DNA of 64,000 bases from Bacteroidaceae bacterium (GTDB lineage: Bacteria > Bacteroidota > Bacteroidia > Bacteroidales > Bacteroidaceae): positions 4,588 through 68,587 of the forward strand of contig JAILRU010000016.1 of NCBI GenBank assembly GCA_024697945.1, read 5' to 3'. How positions within the stretch are numbered: position 1 is the first letter of the stretch; each line of letters starts with the position of its first letter. Positions 17,753 to 27,400 of the stretch are shown here, piece after piece. The position numbers were made by a program, and so were the translations under genes. The notes under the pieces are model-generated. The model searched no databases. It saw only the letters and a program-made list of their open reading frames with translations, and had not been told where the DNA came from.

Positions 17753-17960
17753 TTTTTTATAAGCATAATATACTCCATACGCATTTTTTTGCCTAAAGAA
17801 TGAGAACTATGGGAATAATGGCCAAGCCAGCAGCAACCCGCCTACTTCAAGACACGGAACAAGCAGGCACTTGATGTTGCCAAAGACCTGGAGAAAGAAC
17901 TCGACGAAATGCTAAGCGACCTAATCTGTAGATATCATCTGTCATGGAAATCCTAAGAGA

Positions 17961-17986
17961 AACGGGCGCGATTTGCGCCCGTTTTC
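17961..17986 (+). terminator. hairpin plus T run
   Basis: aacgggcgc gattt gcgcccgtt ttc. Confidence 0.55.
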
Positions 17987-17990
17987 TTAA

Positions 17991-18027
17991 TTTTGTACTT
18001 TGTACTTTTTCGGTGGTTTACCCCCCC
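17991..18027 (-). repeat. inner inverted repeat, right arm
   Basis: Reverse complement is gggggggtaaaccaccgaaaaagtacaaagtacaaaa. Confidence 0.85.
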
Positions 18028-18132
18028 AAAAAAGCGGCCTGCTGCCCCAAAACAATTCATAATTCTTGGATGCTTTAGCACCACGGCGCAATGTTAGTTG
18101 CGGATTCCCCCACCCTCAAAAGCGGGCTTTGC

Positions 18133-18174
18133 CCTAAATGATAAATGATAAATGAAATGAAAAGAGGGTGTGTC
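18133..18174 (-). repeat. outer inverted repeat, right arm
   Basis: Reverse complement is tgacacaccctcttttcatttcatttatcatttatcatttag. Confidence 0.85.
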
Positions 18175-18307
18175 AAAATACAATTAATATATAATATAAA
18201 CAACGGATTACACGGATTTGACGGATTTAAGCCACGCTGATAATCAGCATTTAAGATAATCCGTTGAATCAGTGTAATCCGTTGTTGTTAATTATGACAC
18301 ACCCTCT
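18162..18307. other. 146-nt composite palindrome (possible structured RNA or nested MITE-like insert)
   Basis: Outer stem agagggtgtgtca / tgacacaccctct. Inner arms aacaacggattacac (18198-18212) / gtgtaatccgttgtt (18272-18286). Central gctga taa tcagc. Confidence 0.5.
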
Positions 18308-18448
18308 TCTTGTTTTCATTTTCGCGCGTGCGTGTCCGCATGTCGCGTTATAATAAAAAGGTAGGTAGAAGTCATAGTTCTAAGGAAGTTTTTTTGTGAG
18401 GAAATAAATTTTTCTATATAAATAATGTGTAGTTTAAATAAAAAGCCT

Positions 18449-18456
18449 TACCTTTG
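18449..18456 (+). promoter_or_regulatory. -7 box TAccTTTG upstream of topA
   Basis: TAnnTTTG match 42 nt upstream of the ATG. Confidence 0.55.
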
Positions 18457-18497
18457 CAGTCAAAATTTGGATGACCAAACGACTAAACGACTAAAGC

Positions 18498-20843
18498 ATG
18501 AAAGATAATCTGGTAATCGTGGAGAGCCCTGCAAAGGCTAAGACTATCGAGAAATTCCTGGGAGACAAATATGCAGTCCTGTCCAGTTATGGACATATTC
18601 GCGACTTGAAGAAGAAATCGTTCAGCGTAGATGAAAAGACTTTCGCGCCTCAATATGAAGTTCCCGCCGACAAGGTAAAGGTGGTGAGTCTGCTGAAGGA
18701 ACAGGCGAAAGGTGCTTCTATGGTGTGGTTAGCATCCGATGAAGACCGCGAGGGAGAAGCCATCAGCTGGCACCTCTATGAGGTGCTTGGCCTCAAGCCA
18801 GAGAAAACGCGCCGCATCGTCTTCCACGAAATCACTAAGCCTGCCATCCTGGATGCCATAGAGCACCCAAGGCAGATAGACCTCAATCTGGTAAACGCCC
18901 AACAGGCACGCCGAGTACTGGACCGCATCGTCGGTTTCAAACTTAGTCCTGTGCTTTGGCGAAAGGTTAAGCCAAGCCTCTCTGCAGGTCGTGTACAGAG
19001 TGTTGCCGTGCGCCTCATCGTGGAACGCGAACGTGAGATACAGGACTTCCGTCTGGAAAACAACTACCGTATCACCGCTATCTTCCACAACACTGACGGC
19101 AGCGAGGTGAAAGCGGAACTTAGCCGTCGTTTCCCCACGGCTGAAGAGGCACGCGCTTTCTTGGAGAGCTGTAAGGACAGTCACTTCAGCGTTCAGGATA
19201 TTCTTACGAAGCCTGTCAAGCGCTCACCGGCTCCTCCCTTTACCACCAGTACCCTCCAGCAGGAAGCCGCACACAAGCTCGGTTTTACCGTGGCGCAGAC
19301 CATGATGGTGGCCCAGCATCTCTATGAGAGCGGACGCATCACCTACATGCGTACGGATAGTGTCAACCTGAGTAACCTCTGTCTGGGTGCCAGCAAGAAG
19401 GTCATCGCCGAACAGATGGGCAAGGAGTATGTCAAGACACGCCAGTACCATACCAGTTCAAAGGGCGCTCAGGAGGCTCACGAGGCCATCCGTCCGACCT
19501 ACATGGACCAGCCCCAGATTGAGGGCAACCAACAGGAGCGCCGCCTCTACGACCTCATTTGGAAACGCACTATCGCCAGCCAGATGGCTGATGCAGAACT
19601 GGAACGGACACAGGTGACTATCAGCATCGACGGCAAGGAAGAGACGTTCTTGGCCGATGGTCAGGTCATCAAATTCGACGGTTTCCTGCGTGTATATAGC
19701 GACATGGGCATCGAGGCTCTCAATGACACCGATGGTGACAATGAGAACCTGAGCACTCTGCCCGCCATGACTATTGGCGAGAGTCTTAGCCGCGAACAAA
19801 TTGTAGCCACTCAACGTTTCTCACAGCGTCCTGTCCGTTACAACGAAGCAAGTTTGGTGCGCAAGCTGGAGGAACTCGGCATCGGCCGTCCCAGCACATA
19901 CGCTACCACCATCACCACCATACAGCAACGCGAATATGTGGAGAAGGGGGACAAACCTGGTGAAGAACGCTCCTATCAAACGATTACATTGAACGGAGAT
20001 GAGATAAATGTAGAATTGCATACCACCTTGGTGGGACAAGAGCGAGGCAAATTGCTGCCCACCGACATAGGCATTGTCGTAAATGATTTCCTCAAGGAGA
20101 ATTTCCCCGAAATCATGGACTACAACTTCACGGCTGACATCGAAAAGGAATTCGACGACATTGCTGAAGGTAAGACCGCCTGGGAAGTCGTGGTACGTAA
20201 ATTCTACGACGAATTTGAGCCTCTGGTCGAGAAGTCCGTCAACACCCATACCGAACACAAGGTGGGTGAGCGCCTCTTAGGCAACGACCCTGCAACTGGT
20301 GTGCCAGTCACGGTAAAGATAGGCCGTTTTGGTCCTGTGGTACAGTTAGGCGGTACATCAACCGGAAAGAGACCCCGTTTTGCTCAGCTCGCCACCGGAC
20401 AGAAACTTGAGACCATCACGCTGGAGGAAGCGCTCGAGCTGTTCAGACTTCCTCGTAAGCTGGGTACATACGAAGGTGAGCCCGTCATCATCGGCGCAGG
20501 CAAATTTGGTCCCTACATCTCGCACAAAGGCTCGTATGTATCCATTCCGAAGGACACCGACCCAATGGAGGTAACTTTCGAGCAGGCCGTTATCATGGTG
20601 CACCGCAAGCACGTGGAAGAAGCCGAACGCCATCTTAGGACTTTCTCTGAAGATGCAGAGTTGGAAGTCCTCAATGGTCGCTATGGTCCCTATATCATCT
20701 ACAAGGGCAACAACTATCGTCTGCCAAAGGCTATGCACGAACGCGCAAAGGAACTGACCTACGAGGAGTGCATGCAGATTGTAAATGAGCAAGGCGAGAA
20801 GTCTGCCGAGAAACCTGCAAAACGTCGCTTCTCACGCAAATGA
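18498..20843 (+). CDS. topA: DNA topoisomerase I
   Basis: TOPRIM start LVIVESPAKAKTIEKFLG, DEDREGEAISWH, active-site region ITYMRTDS; 781 aa. Confidence 0.95.
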   Translation: MKDNLVIVESPAKAKTIEKFLGDKYAVLSSYGHIRDLKKKSFSVDEKTFAPQYEVPADKVKVVSLLKEQAKGASMVWLASDEDREGEAISWHLYEVLGLKPEKTRRIVFHEITKPAILDAIEHPRQIDLNLVNAQQARRVLDRIVGFKLSPVLWRKVKPSLSAGRVQSVAVRLIVEREREIQDFRLENNYRITAIFHNTDGSEVKAELSRRFPTAEEARAFLESCKDSHFSVQDILTKPVKRSPAPPFTTSTLQQEAAHKLGFTVAQTMMVAQHLYESGRITYMRTDSVNLSNLCLGASKKVIAEQMGKEYVKTRQYHTSSKGAQEAHEAIRPTYMDQPQIEGNQQERRLYDLIWKRTIASQMADAELERTQVTISIDGKEETFLADGQVIKFDGFLRVYSDMGIEALNDTDGDNENLSTLPAMTIGESLSREQIVATQRFSQRPVRYNEASLVRKLEELGIGRPSTYATTITTIQQREYVEKGDKPGEERSYQTITLNGDEINVELHTTLVGQERGKLLPTDIGIVVNDFLKENFPEIMDYNFTADIEKEFDDIAEGKTAWEVVVRKFYDEFEPLVEKSVNTHTEHKVGERLLGNDPATGVPVTVKIGRFGPVVQLGGTSTGKRPRFAQLATGQKLETITLEEALELFRLPRKLGTYEGEPVIIGAGKFGPYISHKGSYVSIPKDTDPMEVTFEQAVIMVHRKHVEEAERHLRTFSEDAELEVLNGRYGPYIIYKGNNYRLPKAMHERAKELTYEECMQIVNEQGEKSAEKPAKRRFSRK

Positions 20844-21367
20844 AAAGCATCATCCTGATTGGCTACATGGGCTCGGGCAAGACGACCGTCGGACGTCAGC
20901 TCGCCATGGCTCTGGGACGCACCTTCTACGACCTTGACTGGTACATCGAGATGCGTTACCACCGCTCTGTAGCACAGATCTTTGCCGAAAGAGGCGAGGA
21001 GGGCTTTCGCGAAATGGAACGCAACATGCTGCACGAGGCAGCGGAATTCGAGGACATCGTACTCAGTTGCGGCGGCGGAACGCCCTGCTTCTTCGACAAT
21101 ATGGCATACATCCGCAGCGTCAGCGAAAGCGTCTATCTGAAAGCAACGCCGGAGGTACTCGCCCAACATCTTCAGATGGGGCGTGTGGAACGTCCGCTCA
21201 TCAAGGGCAAGAGTCCGGAAGAACTGCTCGCATATATTCGCTCTTCGCTTCAGGAGCGGGAACCCTTCTACCTTCAGGCGCAGCACGTCATTGATGTGAC
21301 GTTGCTCGACAATTACGACAAACTACAAACCAGTGTCCAACTCATAAGAAAAGAATTAGGACTATGA
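20840..21367 (+). CDS. aroK: shikimate kinase
   Basis: P-loop GYMGSGKTTVGR; ATGA overlap with the topA stop. Confidence 0.9.
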   Translation: MKSIILIGYMGSGKTTVGRQLAMALGRTFYDLDWYIEMRYHRSVAQIFAERGEEGFREMERNMLHEAAEFEDIVLSCGGGTPCFFDNMAYIRSVSESVYLKATPEVLAQHLQMGRVERPLIKGKSPEELLAYIRSSLQEREPFYLQAQHVIDVTLLDNYDKLQTSVQLIRKELGL

Positions 21368-23256
21368 AAAAGTGGCGTATTGAGGACTCCGAGGAACTCT
21401 ACAACATCAAGGGATGGGGAGTCAATTATTTTGGCATCAACGAAAAAGGGCATGTCTATGTTACGCCCAAGAAGAATAGCGTTCAGGTTGACCTCAAGGA
21501 GGTGGTAGATCATTTGGCCACTCGCCACGTGACGGCTCCTGTGCTGCTTCGTTTCCCGGACATCCTTGACAATCGCATCGAGAAGACCGACGAATGCTTC
21601 CGCAAGGCGGGCAAGGAGTACGAGTACAAGGGCGAACACTTCATCATCTTCCCTGTCAAGGTCAACCAGATGCGTCCCGTGGTCGAGGAGATTATCAGCC
21701 ACGGCAAACGCTACAACCTTGGGTTGGAGGCAGGTTCGAAGCCCGAACTCCATGCAGTGCTCGCTACAAACATGGACAGCGACAGCCTCATCATCTGCAA
21801 CGGCCACAAGGACCAGAACTTCATCGAGCTGGCATTGCTGGCGCAGAAGATGGGCAAACGAGTGTTCCTCGTCATTGAGAAGCTTCCCGAGCTGGCCATC
21901 ATTGCCGAGACAGCAAAGAAACTTGGCGTACATCCCAACCTCGGTATCCGAATCAAGCTGGCAAGTAATGGCAGCGGCAAATGGAGCGAGAGTGGCGGTG
22001 ACGCCTCAAAGTTCGGACTGAACAGCTCCGAGCTATTGATGGCGTTGCAGATGCTCGACGAGCTGGGCCTGCGCGACTGTCTGCGCCTCATCCATTTCCA
22101 CATCGGCAGCCAAATCAACAAGATTCGCCGCATCAGCACCGCCCTTCGCGAGGCAGCACAATACTATGTGCAGCTCCACGCCATGGGTTTCGACATCAAG
22201 TTTGTGGATTGCGGCGGCGGGCTGGGCGTCGATTATGACGGAACGCGCAGCAGCAATAGCGAGAGCAGCGTGAACTACAGCATCCAAGAATACGTCAACG
22301 ACTGCGTATATACTTTCGTCGAAGCCGCAAACAAGAACGAGATTCCGCACCCAGACATCATCACCGAGGGCGGCCGTTCGCTTACGGCGCACCACAGCGT
22401 GCTCATCATCGACGTACTGGAGAGCGTTTCGGCGCCGCAGATGCCGGAGGACTTCGAGCCCGGTCCCGACGACCACAAGCTCGTTCACGATTTGACCGAT
22501 ATCTGGGACCACCTCTCCCAGCGCAGCTTGCTAGAGGACTGGCACGATGCGGAGGACATTCGCGAGGAAGCGCTCGACCTCTTCCGCCACGGTATCATCG
22601 ACTTGAAGACACGTGCGCAAATCGAGTCGCTCTATTGGGCCATCAGCCACGAAGTAGCGGAGCTTGCCCATCACCAGAAGCACGTTCCCGATGAACTCCG
22701 TAAACTTGACAAGCAAATGGCGGACAAGTATTTCTGCAACTTCTCGCTGTTCCAGAGCATGCCTGATTCATGGGGCATCGACCAGTTGTTCCCCATCATG
22801 CCCATCGCACGGCTCGAGGAGCAACCCACACGCAGCGCTACCTTGCAAGACATCACATGCGACAGCGACGGCAAGATATCGGCCTACGTCAACGGCGGAC
22901 AGCAGACGAACTACATCCCGCTGCATCCCGTCCGGCAGGGCGAACATTACTACATCGGCGTCTTCTTGGTTGGTGCCTATCAGGAGATACTGGGCAACAT
23001 GCACAATCTCTTCGGCGACACCAATGCTGTGCACATCAGCGTGGACAAGGACTCCTACAACATCGAGCAGTTCATCGACGGCGAAACTGTTGCCGATGTG
23101 CTCGAATACGTGCAGTACGACCCGAAGAAGCTCGTCCGTCGCTTAGAGATTTGGGTCAGCAAGGCCATCAAGGACGGAAAGATTACGCCGAGCGAGGGCA
23201 AGGAGTTCATCAGCAACTACCGCGCCGGCCTATATGGATATACATACCTTGAGTAG
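21364..23256 (+). CDS. speA: biosynthetic arginine decarboxylase
   Basis: 630 aa. WRIEDSEELYNIKGWG N-terminus and PLP-fold FPVKVNQ motif. ATGA overlap with aroK. Confidence 0.95.
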   Translation: MKKWRIEDSEELYNIKGWGVNYFGINEKGHVYVTPKKNSVQVDLKEVVDHLATRHVTAPVLLRFPDILDNRIEKTDECFRKAGKEYEYKGEHFIIFPVKVNQMRPVVEEIISHGKRYNLGLEAGSKPELHAVLATNMDSDSLIICNGHKDQNFIELALLAQKMGKRVFLVIEKLPELAIIAETAKKLGVHPNLGIRIKLASNGSGKWSESGGDASKFGLNSSELLMALQMLDELGLRDCLRLIHFHIGSQINKIRRISTALREAAQYYVQLHAMGFDIKFVDCGGGLGVDYDGTRSSNSESSVNYSIQEYVNDCVYTFVEAANKNEIPHPDIITEGGRSLTAHHSVLIIDVLESVSAPQMPEDFEPGPDDHKLVHDLTDIWDHLSQRSLLEDWHDAEDIREEALDLFRHGIIDLKTRAQIESLYWAISHEVAELAHHQKHVPDELRKLDKQMADKYFCNFSLFQSMPDSWGIDQLFPIMPIARLEEQPTRSATLQDITCDSDGKISAYVNGGQQTNYIPLHPVRQGEHYYIGVFLVGAYQEILGNMHNLFGDTNAVHISVDKDSYNIEQFIDGETVADVLEYVQYDPKKLVRRLEIWVSKAIKDGKITPSEGKEFISNYRAGLYGYTYLE

Positions 23257-23288
23257 TCCATAGTCCATAGTTAATAGTCCATAGTTAT
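23254..23288 (+). repeat. tandem heptamer array (TAGTCCA)x5 starting on the speA stop codon
   Basis: tagtcca tagtcca tagttaa tagtcca tagttat. Confidence 0.9.
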
Positions 23289-23312
23289 TTTTGAATTTAT
23301 ATATTTTGAATT

Positions 23313-24467
23313 ATGCAAAGCATTAAGTATATTGGTGTTGACGACCTCGACATCGACCTTTTCGAGAGCCAATATGTTGTGCCGGAAGGCATGAGTTACA
23401 ACTCCTATCTCATCGAGGATGAAAAGATAGCCATCATGGACACTGCTGACCGTCGCAAGGGCGAGGAATGGAAGGCGAATCTTGCCGAAGCTCTTGCCGG
23501 CCGCAAGCCCGACTACCTCGTTTCTCATCACATGGAACCCGACCACGCATCGCTGATTGCAGACGTGCTCTCGGCATATCCTGACTGCAAGCTCGTCTGC
23601 AGCGCACAAGCCATGAAGATGCTGCCGAACTTCTTCGACGGATTCGACTTCACGGGACGGGTAATGACTGTGAAGGAGGGCGACACGCTCGATTTGGGTA
23701 GCCACACCCTGCACTTCATTGGTGCTCCGATGGTCCACTGGCCTGAGGTCATCATGAGCTACGAGAGCACCGAGAAAGTTCTCTTCGCCGCCGATGGCTT
23801 CGGCAAGTTCGGTGCACAGGTGAACGAGACTGACGATTGGGCTTGCGAGGCACGCCGCTACTACTTCAACATCTGCGGCAAGTATGGCGTGCAGGTGCAG
23901 AACGTGCTGAAGAAGGCAGCCGCCTTCGACATACAGGCCATCTGCCCCCTGCATGGTCCCGTCCTCACAGGAGAAGCCATGAAGGAAGCCCTCAGACTTT
24001 ATGACATCTGGAGCCGTTACGAACCGGAGAGCGAGGGAGTGCTCGTAGCATACGCCAGCATCCACGGCGGCACGACAGCGGCAGCCGAGCGTCTCGGAGA
24101 AATGCTCCGAAAAAAAGGCGCACCAAAGGTCGTTGTGAGCGACCTGAGCCGCGATGATATGGCGGAGGTCATCGAGGACGCATTCCGCTATCCCAATATC
24201 GTGGTGTGTGCGGCAAGCTACGACGGCGGAGTCTTCCCCGTCATGCACGACTTCCTGTACCATCTGCAAATCAAGGCCTACCAGAAGCGCCGCTTCGGAA
24301 TAGTGGAGAATGGTAGCTGGGCACCGAGTGCAGGCCGCGTCATGCGCGAAATGATTGAGTCGATGAAGGATTGCGAGATTGTCGAGCCCTTGGTGACGAT
24401 ACGCTCCCGCATGAAACCCGCCGACGAGGAACAGCTCACAAAGCTGGCAGAAGCAATGCTAAGTTAA
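23313..24467 (+). CDS. FprA-family A-type flavoprotein (metallo-beta-lactamase-like plus flavodoxin-like domains)
   Basis: SYNSYLI, HMEPDH metal motif, C-terminal flavodoxin-like YASIHGGT; 384 aa. Confidence 0.8.
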   Translation: MQSIKYIGVDDLDIDLFESQYVVPEGMSYNSYLIEDEKIAIMDTADRRKGEEWKANLAEALAGRKPDYLVSHHMEPDHASLIADVLSAYPDCKLVCSAQAMKMLPNFFDGFDFTGRVMTVKEGDTLDLGSHTLHFIGAPMVHWPEVIMSYESTEKVLFAADGFGKFGAQVNETDDWACEARRYYFNICGKYGVQVQNVLKKAAAFDIQAICPLHGPVLTGEAMKEALRLYDIWSRYEPESEGVLVAYASIHGGTTAAAERLGEMLRKKGAPKVVVSDLSRDDMAEVIEDAFRYPNIVVCAASYDGGVFPVMHDFLYHLQIKAYQKRRFGIVENGSWAPSAGRVMREMIESMKDCEIVEPLVTIRSRMKPADEEQLTKLAEAMLS

Positions 24468-24486
24468 GAGAATAATATATAAAAAC

Positions 24487-27400
24487 ATGAAAACCACCAA
24501 TCTTGTAAGGCTGTTCACCGCAGCCTTATTTTATCTCGCTGCAACGAACAACTGGGCAGCAACAGAGATTCACGTTGAGACGGCTGGTACGCTGTCCTCG
24601 CTCCTGACATCGACGGAAAAGGAACTCAAGGTAACGGGCTTCATCAACGGCTCCGACATCAAGTATATCCGTCAGTTGGTCACCGCAGGAACGGTCACTA
24701 GCCTTGACTGGTCCGAAGTCCGCATCGTCAGTGGCGGTACGGCATACTTCGAGAGCTACAAGACAACCGATGACATCATCGGCGAGAAGATGTTCTACAA
24801 ATGCTCGCAGCTCCAGCAGATGGTACTGCCTTCCACAGCGACAGAAATCAAGAGCAACGCCTTTGCCAACACAGGGTTGAAGTCCATCGACATTCCGAAT
24901 AGCGTCAGGTCGTTGGGCGAGGATGCCTTCGCCTACTGCGGTTCACTGGCAACCGTCGTCATCGGTAAGAAGGTCAACAAACTGAGCAAGGGTTCCTTTT
25001 ATGCTTCCGAGGTTCAGAGAGCATACGTGAAGCCCCTGACGCCGCCCAGTCCACCGTCGTATCTCTTCTCCACAAACCCGAAAATCTATGTCTATGCCGA
25101 GGCTTTGGCAGACTACAGGGAGTTAGGCTGGTCGAGCTACGGCACGCTCTACGGCACGCTGGAGAACTACTATCCCCAGGAGTCCGATGAGGACAGTTCC
25201 TTGGCAGCGCTCTGCACCCAGTTCTTCGAGGATGCCGCATGCACCCAACTCAAGGCTGAGTATCAGGCGATGAGCGACGAAGATCTGAATGAAGAGTTAA
25301 GAGTTAAGAGTGAAGAATTAACGGACGACGGACAATTATCCATGTTCACCGCGATGATCCTCAAGATCAAGAACAACACTTGGGCTGCCTACGAGCAGGA
25401 GTTCCGTATCCACGACTACCAGGCCTACAGCGACGCCAAGACATGGAACCAGAAGCTGTGGGCACGTTGTGCATCCTACATGGGCAATCCCACAGGCATC
25501 CTCACCCGTAGCGACGGCGAGCAGCTGTATGTCTTCGTCGATGAGGACGTACCAGCAGACGCCACGCTCTACTGCGCCGGTATAGGCATGGACCAGATGT
25601 TCAACACAGGCAAGGCCGGGCAGAAACTCAAGAAAGGGCTCAACATCATCGATGGAGAGGCAAACAAACTCTACTACATCCTCTACACGGCGGACACGAA
25701 GACCATGACAAAGCGCGTCAGCGAATGGCCCGCGATGAAGATTCACATCGAAGGCGGCAAGGTAGATGGCTATTTCGACGCTTCCCGTCACAAGGATGCC
25801 GACTACAAGAAGCTGCTGAACGCGGCGGCAAACACAACCTTTGTCGTCAAGGGCAAGCACTCCGTCATGAACATTCGCACGTCCGTCCTGAAGCAGACCT
25901 ATCCGAACAAGATTGCCAAGGCCATCGAGGCGCTAGACAGCCTGTCGGTCTGGGAGAAAGACCTCTTCGGCATCAGCGAGGCTGTGGCAAACGGCGAGAA
26001 AGCAGGCGCTCCCTATTACCTGACGGGCGGCGATGCCTTCTACCCTGGCTACTTCAACAACCCCACCTACGTCGATAACGACTCGCCCGGGTCTGTGGCA
26101 CACTCCACCGAGTACGGCATACACATCTCACTCGATGCCAGCAAGACCTTCCTCAATCCCTATGCCACCAACTACGACGAGAGCGGTACGGCGCACGAGT
26201 TCGGACATCAGCTCCAGTCGCCCATCATGCTGGAGGGCACCACGGAGGGCAGCAACGACCTCTTCTCCTGCTACTGCCGCCTGTTCATGGGACACCGGTC
26301 GTCGATGGGCGAACCCCTGAGCTCGATGATGGAGAGGTACGTCGAGGGCGAGCCTTTCTACTGGCGAGGCCCCAACTACGGCATCATCCGCATGTATTAC
26401 TCCCTCTACCTCTACTACCACCAGGCGCAGAAGAACACCTCCTTCTTCCCCGAGCTCTTCAAGGAGCTCCGCCGCGACAAGATAGCGCCCTACGGCTCCA
26501 ACACCAACAACTCCGGCCTGAAGTTCGTCCGGAAAGTCTGCGAGATAGCGCAGGAGGACCTCACCGACTTCTTCACCGTCTATGGCTTTTTCGAACCGAC
26601 CAGCAACCGCTACCTGGAGTGCTACGGCGACCATTACGTGACCACGAGAAAAGCAGACATCGCGACCACGAAGAAGAAGATTGCCCAGTACGAGAAGAAA
26701 AACCGCGAGATAATCTTCATCGAAGACCGCGTGGAGCACGTGCCGACCACGAACTACATCCCCAGGGACGGCCAGTACAGAATCGGCGAATCCATCGGGA
26801 CCTACGGCGACGTGGGACAGTTCACCAGCTATCTGCCAGGAGCCTGTGAGCCGTCGGACTACGTCTATTACCAGTCCGACTCGCTCCTTTCCATGGTGGG
26901 CACAGGCGGCGTGGGCTTCCTCGTGCTCGACGAGGAGGGAAACATCAAGTATGCCGCCAACAGCCGCAGCTTCTGCCTGCCATCCACTCTTCACTCTTCC
27001 CCCCTCACTCTTTACTCCTGCGATGCCGACGGCACACTCCACGAGGTGGAACGACGGGCAGGCGGGACGGAGGCCGTGGAGCTTGAGGCACCGGGCAGAC
27101 TAGAATCAGCATTGCAGAACGAGAATGTCATCAAGCTAATACTAAAGGGCCGCATACACGGCAAGGACATCAAGTACATGCGGCAGCTCATCCAGGACAA
27201 CTGCCTCCAGGCCATCGACCTCGACCAGGCACAAATCATCGGGAACAACACCTACGCCTACTATCAGAGCTACAAGACCACAAAGGACGTCATGGGCGAA
27301 TACGCCTTCCACGGCTTCCGCAAGCTCGTCTTCATGAGGCTGCCCCAGACCATCACCACTATCGGAACGAATGCCTTCTCCAAATCAGGTCTGCGGATGA

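Larger units (their letters stand above)
16628..18174. mobile_element. candidate non-autonomous, inverted-repeat-bounded segment (no transposase) next to tRNA-Gln
   Basis: 42-nt arms 16628-16669 and 18133-18174 are inverted with 40/42 identity. A second nested pair (16806-16842 / 17991-18027) has 35/37 identity. The interior holds only a small ORF, repeats and orphan promoters. Confidence 0.35.

Noticed and set aside
17800-17960. Mini-ORFs MRTMGIMAKPAATRLLQDTEQAGT* and an overlapping frame ..KQALDVAKDLEKELDEMLSDLICRYHLSWKS*.
   Set aside because: Each is under 40 codons and the two appear to be pieces of one frameshifted small gene. There is not enough signal to call a CDS. They are mentioned only as content of the repeat-bounded segment.
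23271-24269. 332-aa minus-strand ORF opposite the FprA-like gene. Similar large antisense ORFs occur at 26128..27042, 30947..32026, 37622..38764, 39343..40188, 47102..48145, 48963..49706 and 52438..53484.
   Set aside because: All overlap motif-bearing genes on the opposite strand and have no recognisable domains.
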